The translations under genes were made by a program, and so were the position numbers. From Basidiobolus meristosporus CBS 931.73 (lineage: Eukaryota; Fungi; Basidiobolomycota), in the NCBI GenBank assembly GCA_002104905.1, contig MCFE01000058.1, positions 124,001 to 188,000 on the forward strand: 64,000 nucleotides of DNA. Reading direction: 5' to 3'. The notes under the pieces were generated by a model. It was not told the DNA's origin. It saw only the letters and a program-made list of their open reading frames with translations, and did not search any database. Of this stretch, positions 23,211 to 34,623 are shown piece by piece. Each line of letters begins with the position of its first letter. Position 1 is the stretch's first letter.

Positions 23211-26200
23211 CAATAAGAAGGAAGAAGCAAATGCTTTAATAAGCAATGATAACCAATAAAGGAGGTACCCAAGACCTTACAAAGGCAACAGCAATCTGTT
23301 TTGCAACTACTGCAAAAAGAAAGGACACACATTAGGCTGGTGTCTCAAAAAGAGAGATAATCAGCAAAAGAAGCCCAAATATGGAAATGCTGCAGCAACT
23401 GAAGATAGACTATTCATATCTGCACTAAATATGACCACAAACAAGGATTCTCAGATGTGGTATATTGACTATGGAGCTTCTTTACACTTAACACACCAAA
23501 AAGAACTTTTTACCCAATATCAAGAAATTCAATCAAGAAGGTTTTCATGGGTGACAATAGAACACTTGATGCAGTGGGAGAAGGAACTATCCAAGTAAAC
23601 CTTAGAAGCAGTGAAGGAAGCCATACACTGAGCTTTAAAGAAGTACTCTATGCAACAGAAATAGCCCAGAACCTACTATCTGTAAGCAAGGCCACTGCAG
23701 AAGGACTTAATTTGAGCTTTGACAATTCTGGATGCAAGATCACTGTTCAAAATGGTGCCCATATTGCTTTGGGTATCAGAGACCAGAATCTATACATGTT
23801 GACTTATACTCCATCATATTTGGAAGCCAATGTAAGTAACTTAAATGACAAAACACCAATTCTTTGGCACAGCAGATTTGGGCACATCAATTTTGATTAT
23901 TTGTGCAAAATGATCAAAGATCAGCTAATTTTTGAAGTAAAGATTGATCCCCCTGCTAGTTTGGAGCACTATGAAGCCTGCATATATGGGAAACATGCCA
24001 GATAACCATTCAAGAGCTCTGGGTTAATCAAAACTAAGAAGAAATTAGATCTAACTCACTCAGATCTCTGTGGGCCTATGCAAAATGTATCCTCAGGTGG
24101 GATGAAGTATTTAATCATTTTATTGATAATTATACAAGATACACCTGAGTCTACTTCATGGAGAGAAAGGATGGCAGAGAGAGAAGCCAGTTAAAAAATC
24201 AAGAAAATACACTCTGACAATGGTGGAGTATATACCTCAAAACTCTTCACCCACTTCTGCAAGATTCATGGGATAAAGCAAGAAACTACTGTACCATACT
24301 CCCCACAGCAAAATGAAGTAGTGGAACATGCAAGCAGATCAACAATTGATGTGGCAAGATCTATGATCCATGATCAAAAATTATTCTACAATTTTTGAGT
24401 GGAATCAGTTGCCACAGCTGTATACCTTAAAAATAGGAGCTATACCAGAATTCTTTGTGTTTCTTCTCCATTGGAAGCATGGTATAGATACAGACCAAAT
24501 GCTGAACATCTAAGAATATTTGGGTGTACAGCAAATGCCAAGAAACCGCCTGGAAATTAGTCAAAATTTGAGCCAAAAAGTGTAAAATGCATATTTTTGA
24601 GTTACTGCAATGAGAGTAAAGCATACAGACTATACAATACCAAAGAAAAGAAGCTAATCAAGTCCAGGGATGTGCTGTTTGATGAAAACTCAAAATTGTC
24701 ACAAAAGATGACATCAGACGATGACAAAAATCTGATCTCAAGTCCATCAATTGTTAGAATTGAATCAGAGCAAAACAATGAAACTGTTTTCACTCCAGAG
24801 GACTCTACAACCATGGTTCATTCTGAAGCAGTGCCCAGGAATATCCCAGAAGTGATCATTCCAGTATCAAATGCCCAGAGATCCAATTGGACAAGGAATA
24901 GTCCAAATTACTATATCAATGAGGGTACAAACTTAGCCTATGCCTATTCAGTCCATATTGATGAACCCCAGACTGTAAAAGTGGCCCTAAATAGCCCTCA
25001 GACAAAGTTTTGGAGAAATGCAATGACTGAAGAATATCAGGCCTTGATGGAAAATCAAACTTGGGACTTGGTCAAATTACCAATCAGCCAAAAATCAATT
25101 GGATGCAGGTGGGTCTTCAAGACTAAAGACAAGGCTGATGATACAATTGAAAGATACAAAGCAAGACTTGTGACCAAAGGATACTCTCAAATAATAGGAC
25201 TTGACTATACTGAGACCTTTGCACCGGTAGCCTAGTTTAATTTCATCAGATTAATAGTGGCTATTGCAGCCAAATATAAGTTTTCTATTCATCAAATGGA
25301 TGTAAAAACTGCATTTTTGAATGGAGAACTTGATGAGGATGTATATATAGACTAGCCTGATGGGCTTGCTGACCAAGACAACCCCCATTTGGTCTGCAAG
25401 CTTAGAAATTCTCTATAGGGTCTTAAACAATCACCAAGAGCCTGGAATTGCAAGATAGATCCTTATTTGGAATCTCTGAGTTTCCAATGGAGTATTGCTG
25501 ACTATAGTATATGCTATAAGCCAGATAGAGCAAGTCCAGCTCTATTAGCTCTATATATGGATGATCTTATTATTGCCACCAATAACCTAGCAACATTGGA
25601 AGAGACTAAATCCTGCCTATCTAAGGAGTTCAAGATGTTCAATCTAGGAGAACTCAGTGACTACTTAAGGATTAAATTCTCCATAGATGGAAGTACCAAG
25701 ACTATTACCCTAAGCCAATCCAAGTATATTCAAGATATACTAAAGAAGCACCAGATGGAAGACTGTATACCAGCAGCTACCCCAATGGAGACAAACCTTA
25801 AATTGGTCAAAACTCAACCAAATCAATAGAGCTTGGCACCATCTGAAAGCCCTGACTTTCCTTATCAATATATGGTAGGCAGTTGCATGTATAGCATGCT
25901 TGGAACACGTCCAGATATCTCATATTCAGTGGGAGTTGTCAGCCAACATAATCAGAACTATGGATCTGATTGTATTGCAGCAGTTAGGTGGATTTTTAGA
26001 TACCTAAAAGGAACTGCTGATATCTGCTTAAGACACACTTATAGGGGCTCAGAACAGGATTTTTTGGGATACTCTGATGCTGATTGGGGACAAAATTTTG
26101 AAGACAGAAAATCCACCACAGGATATCCTTTTCTTTACTGTAAAGGAGCAATTTCATAGAATTCAAGAAAGTAACCAACCATAGCACTTCTACCACAGAG

Positions 26201-26875
26201 GCAGAGTATATGGCAGCCTGGAAGCTACAAAAGAAGCAATGTGGTTAAGAAAACCTTTCACAGATTTAGGCCCATGTTAAAAAACACCTATTACTTTATT
26301 TCAAGAAAATCAAGGATGTATACATTTAGATAGAAATCCAACTTTTCATGCTAGAACTAAGTACATAGATATTAGACATCATTTCATACATGAAGCTATA
26401 GAGAATAACTTAGTTAGCTTAGCTTACTGTCTTTCAGATGAAATGATTGCAGACATGTTTACTAAACCATTAGCTAGAGACAAGTTTGAATATCTTGGGT
26501 CAAAATTAGGACTAGTCAGTATGAACATTTAGCTGAGTGGGAGTGTTGTAAAAGTTTGTATTTCCACCTAAATATTCACCTAACTTAGTCACTTAGATCA
26601 TTACCTTCAAATCCTAGAGAATACTGACCAAATTCCTTGTCAGGATTAACTTGGAATATTTACCCAGAACATGAAAATTCTCAAAGTTGTCCAAACAGCC
26701 CCAAACTTTGTACACATGCTCTTGGGACCTTCCTTAACCTATTCTACGTGTTTGTTATGCCAAGACCATGTAAAAGTATAAATACTACTTTTACATTCAA
26801 TAAATCATTAAGTGAAATCCACAAAATCTACTTGTCCTCCCAAATCACTTCCAATATCTCCAAGACTTCACAACA
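23211..26875 (+). mobile_element. 5'-truncated Copia (Copia-3) with 3' LTR at 26544-26875
   Basis: Begins mid-gag (NKKEEANALISND); pol relic with many stops; PPT AGCTGAGTGGGAG then LTR carrying a short internal deletion. Confidence 0.93.
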
Positions 26876-26989
26876 CATACAATGTCTTCAGCATTTTTTG
26901 CCTGGGCCGTTATCTTATCAGGTATTGGGCCTATGCTGTTTTGATTTTGTACCAGATTTCTTTGGTGTTGTATGAGTTTGGGAGGTACC

Positions 26990-27310
26990 AGAAATGATTG
27001 GGAGAGCAAGTAGACTAGACGGCTTTCACCTGATGATTCATTGAATGGCAAAGGGGTATTTGTACTTTAAAATGCTCTTGGGAAATATGAATGGGGAGTA
27101 TGCTTAGGAAGATCCCAGGAGGATGGGTGCAAAGCTTGGGGGCCTTTGGACGACTTTGGGGATTTCGATGTTCTGGGTACCCGATATTTTGGTAAATATT
27201 TCAGGTGAATCCCGATCAAAGCTGGGGCAAGAGATTATGAGATTTATTGGATCCACATGAAGTCACAAAGTTGATGGATTATTTGGCTTTGATTACAAAA
27301 TCTACGACAA
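26990..27310 (-). repeat. Divergent solo-LTR-like relic related to the Copia LTR, retaining CpGs
   Basis: tgattgggagagcaagtaga and gtgcaaagcttggggcctttggacgactttggggatttcgatgttctgggtacccgatattttgg align with the reverse-complement LTR. Confidence 0.65.
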
Positions 27311-28046
27311 CTTTCACCAAGATGTCTGGAGCTTCAACGATCTTGGAGTAGTCCAATAGCCTTCAAGCTCTGCACACGTGTAGCTGGGACCTTGCTGAGC
27401 GTACCCCTGGCAGGGGGTGACTAGGAGGTTAGGACTAGGGCCATTTCCGACGGGAGGGATCGGCGTGGGATGCTTGGTGACGACGAGATTGCGAGATTTC
27501 GGGCAGAGGACGGCTTTTCATGCCGGGGGCAGTGGCGTGGCGAGTTCTCCAAGACGCATCCGGAAGGGATGGATGCAGCAGGGACGTGAGCACGACCACG
27601 GCCGTGACCGGGATCGGGATCGGGCTTGTTATTATGACCTCCTAACATCCCACCGGATGGACCTCGGCTGGAATACAGTGATGCAACGCAACGTTCCCTG
27701 AATACCAGCCGCCATACGGCATGGGAACCCTGTCGTGGTGGCTCCCGCATACCATGGCTCTCCACCCAGGATCACCTCGCGACATGTATGCGCGGTACGA
27801 ATCGTTCCGTCGAAACGGAATCGGTTGCACCCGGTTGCATACCAGCCAAGGGGGTTGCCGACTGATCTGGTAACCGGATGTCGACCAGTAAGGCCCCCAT
27901 CCGTGATGCGGGTGTTACCCGGAGGTGGTCGAAAAGAAAGGCAAGGAGGGGATCCGGAAGTAAGGGGGAAACTGGTTTATTGATGGATTGTATGGGTCAG
28001 AGGTATACCGACAGTAATCTAGGGTTGGTGGGATGAACGCCCACCC

Positions 28047-28410
28047 TTACAAGAGCGAGACGTAGACGATCACCTTGGGCAGGCACACGAACGCGCGGAC
28101 CCTCAGGAGCCCCTCGGCGTCGATCTTGGCGGTGATGGAGTTCTTGAGGATGTTGCATTGGTCGGACACCTGGCTGGCCGCCTGCTCGATGGCCGCGGGG
28201 ACCGGGGCTCTGCTGTCCAAGCAGACGAAGGCGTCGACGGTGACCAACTCGCCGACCTTCAGGGGAGCCACCACGACGTCGCAGCTGAGTTTCCCCACAC
28301 CGCTCAAGGTGTCACCCAGATTGACATCGAGGGGCAGGGTAGGGCAGGGGGGCGGCGAGAACGGTCCCGATGAGGATGGCGAAGGTGACGAAGATGGCGG
28401 GGAATCTCAT
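28047..28410 (-). pseudogene. Small secreted protein copy A; frameshifted paralog of 28879-29238
   Basis: ATG at 28410 reads MRFPAIFVTFAILIGTVLAAPLP, then a 4-nt insertion relative to copy B gives an early TGA; the 3' ~245 nt are identical to copy B. Confidence 0.75.
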
Positions 28411-28878
28411 GGTGAAGGGTTGGTTTGGTCGAGTTGAGTTGGTTGGGTGTAGTCAGGTCAGGCCTGCGATTGGGCTGGATTGATTGGATGGTGAGAAGTG
28501 GAGATGGTGGAGCACCTTATATAATGGTTGCTAAATTGATGAACTGCCGCCCCCTGGATGCAACTTGATTGAACTTCGCATCTTGGAGGGCCTTGATCAG
28601 CTGCAGAAGGATCCCGTACGAGATGGTGGTGCGTGACATCCACGTACAATGGGCATCGAGGTGAATGGAGGCACGGCGATGTAGGGACACCAGAGAATGT
28701 AGAATGCCCCCCTTAAATCGGATCCATTTATGCGCAGCTAAATGCCGATGCATCCACCACCCTCGCCGTCGGTGTATAAATAGCGGTCGGGGATCGGTGG
28801 CCAACCATACAACCACATCAGCATCCTTCAGCAGCCCGTTCACCCTCACCTCGCAACCACCATCCAATCATCAGCAAC

Positions 28879-29238
28879 ATGAGATTCCTCACCGTCTTCG
28901 TCACCTTCGCCATCCTCATCGGGACCGTTCTCGCCGCCCCCCTGCCCCTCCCCCTCGAAGTCGACGTGGGTCGCACCTTGGGCAGCGTGGGGAAACTCAG
29001 CTGCGACGTCGTGGTGGCTCCCCTGAAGGTCGGCGAGTTGGTCACCGTCGACGCCTTCGTCTGCTTGGACAGCAGAGCCCCGGTCCCCGCGGCCATCGAG
29101 CAGGCGGCCAGCCAGGTGTCCGACCAATGCAACATCCTCAAGAACTCCATCACCGCCAAGATCGACGCCGAGGGGCTCCTGAGGGTCCGCGCGTTCGTGT
29201 GCCTGCCCAAGGTGATCGTCTACGTCTCGCTCCTGTAA
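28879..29238 (+). CDS. 119-aa small secreted protein of unknown family, 4 Cys (copy B)
   Basis: Signal-peptide-like MRFLTVFVTFAILIGTVLA, strong GC3 codon bias, TATAAA at ~28775, duplicated inverted copy. Confidence 0.85.
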   Translation: MRFLTVFVTFAILIGTVLAAPLPLPLEVDVGRTLGSVGKLSCDVVVAPLKVGELVTVDAFVCLDSRAPVPAAIEQAASQVSDQCNILKNSITAKIDAEGLLRVRAFVCLPKVIVYVSLL

Positions 29239-29445
29239 GCTCGATCCCGGGCATGAGCGCGGAGCGGAGCATTCCAGCTACCCCCCTCCCCTCCCTTCAC
29301 CGTCACCACCCACTCACCCCTGTTACCCACCAAGTATACTGCATACCACACCAAGTAGAAGAATAAACATGGATCCACTGGGATTTATTATACGATGGTT
29401 CGATTGATTGATTGATGATGTGGGTTTCTACATGGATGAATTCCA

Positions 29446-31149
29446 TCACATCTGAAGGTTGATATCCTCCAGCAGTCGGCTCATCCACTCTCGGGTCTCC
29501 GGGGCATCTGGAAGGCCCATGGCCTTTCTCTTGTTCAGCACGCCGCCGCTCACGGAGCTCATGTAGACCGGGACGAAGTACTTGCTTCTGGAGAGGATCT
29601 CCTGATCCAGCAGGGCCAACCAATCCCCGAACGTGGCCAGGTGGGAGTACTGGGAGGCGAACTCCTGGTCGATGAGATCGTAGAGTCTCACCATCCCCTG
29701 GCTGTAGAGCTCCCCGAAGGCGTCCGGGGAGGTTTCGTCGGTGGCAAGGTAGAAGAGGTCAAGTTGCTGCTGGGATTTGAGGTGATCCACCAGCTGGACC
29801 ATGGAGTGCTTCCATTCGTTCAGGTTCGAGGTCTCCCCCACCCAGTTGTACCGGATGAAGTCCCCACGTCTCGAGTGGATTCCGATGAACTGGCCCAAGG
29901 GGGCTCGTTGGTGATTCTCGGTGGTGGGAACGCTCGTGGACACGGGGTAGATCCCCTTGGTGACCATCTTCCGCTCCAGGTTTCTGTACAGGTGCTCGGC
30001 GGCCTTGCGGACCCGGTACGGATAGCGAAGGAGATGCAACACGAAGTGGTCGTACGTCTCGCGATTCGCCTCGGTGGCGAACATGAAGGGCCGTCTGGGG
30101 AAGAAGTGGATGTAGCGTGCGGTGAAATGCAGGAACCTCTGGGGATACTTCTCCGTGCTGAACTCCTGTGCGAATCCGACCAGCTCGGGGACGGCGTCCA
30201 GGTCCACGGTATGGGTCTGGAACTCCCGGACGCTGTAGTTGGGCTCGTTCGGGTACTTGTAGAGCTCGATCTTGGTCTGGCCGTTCTGGCGAAGCTTCTC
30301 CGCCCTCTCCAGGATCGGGGTCAGGTCGTCGACCGAGTTTTCCTTGCCACAGACATCACCGATCTCACTGGTGGCCGCATACGATTGCTCCGGGAAGGCG
30401 ACCTTGAAGTTATCGGCGCTGCCATCTTCAAAGGATATCCCCCGGTGATCCCGTAGATAAGCAATCGGATCCACAGCGTCCCATTGGCGGATCAGGTTGC
30501 TCTTATTGGCGGAGCCTTTGCTGGCCAGATCTTGATAGTAGAGTTGGAGCCGTAAGAAGTCCTGCATACGGATGAGTCTGGCCCCGCTGTTTCGCGTCAG
30601 ATGGTTCATATCGATGAACTCTTCGATGGGAACGCTCCAACGATACTTTCCGTCCACCCCGTCGGGAGAGTCCATGATCTCGGAATCGTCCACTGGGTAC
30701 CCGATGATGTGGCAGTAGCCCTCGTGGATGCACGATCGACAATGAACCCTGTGTGGAAGCACCACGGTTCGGTTGATTAGGTTGCCGTAGTAGTACGCGT
30801 GCTCGATCATGTAGCGCACATTGTTGAAACCGAGAAAGCTAAGCCAGTTGTACAGGAAGTAGTTAGTATCTGGTGGGTATTGTTGGATGAGGGTTTCCAG
30901 GGGGATGTGTTGAAACTCGGTGGGTTCGTCCTCCTCTACAAAGGCTCCGATCAGGGACTTCACATCCACGCTGTGACCCCGGCCGGTCGAGGCCTGGGTC
31001 TGGTACGGGATGGTGGCCGATTGACGAATCTCGTGAGACTTCCACACCGTCAACAAAATGCAGCCTAGCAGACCGACTGCGCACAACAACTTTATCAGCC
31101 GATTAGGGTTGATCCTGTAGCACTGCCATTTCGCGGATTGTTTGCTCAT
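29446..31149 (-). CDS. GDP-fucose O-fucosyltransferase (O-FucT) family type II membrane glycosyltransferase, 567 aa
   Basis: N-terminal TM helix; GFNNVR-like donor loop, GIHSRRGDF, LFYLATDE and LDQEILSRSKYF....SSVSG motifs; uninterrupted ORF. Confidence 0.85.
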   Translation of the reverse strand: MSKQSAKWQCYRINPNRLIKLLCAVGLLGCILLTVWKSHEIRQSATIPYQTQASTGRGHSVDVKSLIGAFVEEDEPTEFQHIPLETLIQQYPPDTNYFLYNWLSFLGFNNVRYMIEHAYYYGNLINRTVVLPHRVHCRSCIHEGYCHIIGYPVDDSEIMDSPDGVDGKYRWSVPIEEFIDMNHLTRNSGARLIRMQDFLRLQLYYQDLASKGSANKSNLIRQWDAVDPIAYLRDHRGISFEDGSADNFKVAFPEQSYAATSEIGDVCGKENSVDDLTPILERAEKLRQNGQTKIELYKYPNEPNYSVREFQTHTVDLDAVPELVGFAQEFSTEKYPQRFLHFTARYIHFFPRRPFMFATEANRETYDHFVLHLLRYPYRVRKAAEHLYRNLERKMVTKGIYPVSTSVPTTENHQRAPLGQFIGIHSRRGDFIRYNWVGETSNLNEWKHSMVQLVDHLKSQQQLDLFYLATDETSPDAFGELYSQGMVRLYDLIDQEFASQYSHLATFGDWLALLDQEILSRSKYFVPVYMSSVSGGVLNKRKAMGLPDAPETREWMSRLLEDINLQM

Positions 31150-31750
31150 TGTGCCAAAGGCATAACCCGGGGTTCGCGACCCAGGATTATATAGCGAATC
31201 CAGGCTGGAAGTTTAACCGCTGCCGCCTTCTTATTTGGAAGGTGCTTATCCAGATCGCACCATCTTTGGGCAGAAGGGATTTCCACCGAGCAAACACGTT
31301 CTTGAGCCGAAGATTCCCCGCCGAGAATGGATGTGGGTATCGAGTTAGCTTAAGCATCCTCCATAAATATCCATTTATTCGTCCAGAAAAGCAACCGACA
31401 CCAACAGTAAACATGAATGAGCAATGCACAGGTCGCCACTGGGTTTAGCTTCGCGGAGAACGAATCAATCGATACTCTATGGGTCGTCTCATCCCAGGTT
31501 TCCATCTTGTACCAAGCACCTCTTGAATACTGCGCCACCCTGATGGAGGGTTGATATATAGTCCAGCATCCAAATCCCCTTTCCATCAGAATTTTGCGAG
31601 GAGAGTTTCTAGCATATTCCTGGACGTGATCTCAAATTGGCTGATAGGATCAGGATCAGCGTTGGTAATGGGGGATGACGATGACAACCAATAAATTTTT
31701 CGAGCTCCCTGGTGCTCCAGACACACTTCTTTCTTGTTTACCACTGTACC

Positions 31751-32633
31751 ATGGCGAAGAAATTCAAAGGGGAAAATAGCAAAGGTATGCTAACATGCTC
31801 CTTGACAAGCGCCCCCCGAGCGGCCCTATTCATACTCCCCCTTCTTTCTAGTCACCGCTGCCAAAGAGCGCAAAGCCAAGGGCAACGCTGAGGCCAAAGC
31901 TAAGAAGGACGCCGAGGTGGAGGCCCGGGAATCCGTAGAATGGGCCAAGGGAGCCAAGAAGGGTGATAAGAAGGAGCTGGAGGCGGCCAAAAAGGTGTGT
32001 ACCCAGAGTCGGCTCGTCCGGTGGTGTCAGTGGAAGTAACCTAGTCCTTGTAGGCGGAGAAACTTCAAAAGAAGATGGAAGCCCAGGCCCTTCTCGACAA
32101 AGAGACCAAGGAGTTCGCGAAGCACAAGCCGATCGCTCCACCCCGTTTGAGCGGTGCTGAGGTAGGAGTCTGTGTTGTAGTTGTCCAGTGAACGAGCTCG
32201 ACTCATTCGATCCGTTTCGCAGAAAAAAGCGGCCAAGAAGACCCAGGAAGTGGAGAGTTTCCAAGCCGAGAACCGCCAGCCGGTTATCGAACTTGGTGCC
32301 TCCAACATCGACGATGCTTTGGACCTTATGGAGGCAGTTAACGAATCTTCCGATGCCGCAGCCAACTCGAACAAGTTGCTTCTTGATCGTCATCCGGAAA
32401 GACGTGCCAAGGCGGCGTACGCCGCTTACGAGGAGCGTGAGTTGCCTAAACTCAAGGCGGAGAACAAGGGGCTGCGTCTCACGCAGTTGAAGCAGATCCT
32501 CTGGAAAGACTGGCAGAAGTCTCCCGAGAATCCATTCAATCAAGCCTCGTTAGCCTTCGACGCCAAGAGACAGGACGGAGTGGATCTGGTCGAGCAGCAG
32601 CGTCAAGCCATCGAGGAAAGATTAAGAATCTAA
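31751..32633 (+). CDS. CCDC124: CCDC124/Lso2/Oxs1-family ribosome-binding coiled-coil protein (spliced, about 4 exons)
   Basis: MAKKFKGENSK|V.AAKERK N-terminus, GT-AG intron 31785-31851 and further introns, DRHPERRAKAAYAAYEERELPKLKAENKGLRLTQLKQILWKDWQKSPENPFNQ signature. Confidence 0.92.
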
Positions 32634-32892
32634 AGCCTCCGACGAAGTCTCCACTCACTCCGGGACTAGATATTCGTTTGTCGTATGCTCTCTTCCCCCA
32701 GTCATTATAGATGCCCTGTTCGTAGGATCCCATCAACCACCTTGAATTGTACTGATATCATGGTGGGATCTATTCTTTCACTTCCAATGTAAAACTAGTT
32801 ATCCCAAGACCAACCCTTACTAGCCAAAGTTGCTATTAAAGACATTCGCTTGCCAGGCATTAAAGAGATGTTTATTCAGTTGATGGACGAGC

Positions 32893-34306
32893 CTACAGGT
32901 TGGATCGGATTTGTCCCTTGGATTGTTCGTCGAGGAAACTAGTGATAAGACGTGCTGAACGAATTCAATGGACGGGTTAATGGAGGAGATACACGGTGGT
33001 TCACAGTGGCTGGCATTACCGGTGTTTTCAGGGTGCTCTTGCGGGATCTAGTATAACAGTGAGTGAGGTTGTGGATGGCACACGAAGGGCAGGTGCTTAC
33101 CAGGTGTTGTCCCGGGACGATACGTCCCACTCCGCGATTCGTCTTCCTGGCGAAATTCGCAATCATTTCCGGGAAACTACACGTAGCCAACTTCAGTTCA
33201 CTTGGTCACACCATGCGATGTATCAGGATACCTACATGGTGTTGCTGTTCTTGCCACCCACAAAAAGCACCGGTATCTGGATGGTGTGCAATTGTTCGTA
33301 GCAATATGCGGATGCGTTGGGAGATCCGGCGAAGGTTGCCTAGTGAAACACACGGTTGAGCTCCTAGCCAGCATCTCCTCTACTGCAAACAACATGGACT
33401 GACCGCTTCTTGCTTTGGGGGACATTTCAGCGTAATTTTTCCATCTGGGGTTTGGTACATGCCGTGGTTCTATTGAACAGAGGGTCAACCAAGAGGGAAT
33501 CAGGGGTGGGCTACCAGGAGGCTTTACCACATATTCTTCTATCACTCGAGCATCCCAGGTGTTGAAGAATGTCTTGGACATCAAATACTCTTTAACCGCA
33601 TCTCTAACGAAGGTGAACAGGTGGTTGAGTGAGGTCCCGACAGATGACAGGTACGTAGACATGTTATAGGTGGAGCCAACCTGTCTTCCCATACGCTCTT
33701 CCGTCTCCTCGCTGCTTCTATCAGCATCAAGCCTGCTTTTGACTTCTGGTCCACCCCTATAATAGGCTCCAGGGCAATTATCCCGCTGAAAGTATCGGGC
33801 CTGGCCACTTCTGCCAATAAGCTGGTTGAGATAGGATTTAGAAGTGAGCATCGAAAGCCGGTCAACCCTTAGCCTTACGTGGTGCAGCCGCCCATGGAAT
33901 GACCGACGCCGAACAAGGGCTTTTTCACCTCCACCTGGTCCAGGAGGTTCAGGAGGTCTTGGGAAAGGAGGGTCCAGTCACCTGGGTACCCCAAAGGGGG
34001 GGGGAGAATCATTAATGCTGTTCAACGGGAATGTGAAATACAACTGAGCGTACACTCTTCGGATAGAAGGTCCTTGTTCTCCAGCCCGCTGTCCCCATGG
34101 TTGCGTACGTCGAACGTGAGAAAGTTGTACTTCACAGCAGCCTTCTTCAAGTACTCGATGGTAGGGTTCCAAATCTCCTTGTGGAAACCGGTGGCGTGGG
34201 CAAACAAGACGGACCCCACGGCCTTCTCGTGGACCCAGTGCTGGACCGATACCTTGATGCCTGTGGCCGGGTTAGTGAGTAAACTGGTTGTCAACTGATA
34301 TTCCAT
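32893..34306 (-). CDS. Alpha/beta hydrolase (Abhydrolase_6-like), multi-exon, C-terminus ...IRSNL*
   Basis: FAHATGFHKEIW, FDVRNHGDS, GVGHSMGG nucleophile elbow, ALEPII and GQHL|IPQEHPENT|ARLI across GT-AG introns; exon limits approximate. Confidence 0.8.
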
Positions 34307-34623
34307 TACGTGTTGGGCTCGCTCGCTCGCTCACTCACTCCCTCTTTCGGGAGCCTTAAGTAGCGGGGGACCATGGGAAGTAAATGGCCACGCTTAGTAA
34401 GCCTGTATAGGGGATCACATGGATCCAATTGGCTTGTGACTTTCGAGATGATCTTATCATATGGCAAGCTGGAATAGGAATTTATTAAATAAGCAAGCAA
34501 ATTACACAAGTGAATAGGAAATAAATAAGAAAACTAGCGGGGGCGGGAGCGGTACTGAGAGCGGGAACGACAACGACAACGACAATGACAAAGGCAAAGG
34601 CAAAGGCAACGGGGACTCGGTAC

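Noticed and set aside
27417-27983. Short ORFs in the GC-rich stretch before the inverted pair
   Set aside because: Overlapping, low-complexity translations with no recognisable domain, signal peptide or codon pattern; treated as intergenic
34314-34610. GCTC/ACTC and ACGACA/AAGGCA microsatellites between the hydrolase and BLM10; degenerate hexamers at 42940-43025
   Set aside because: Ordinary short UTR or intergenic simple repeats with no further structure
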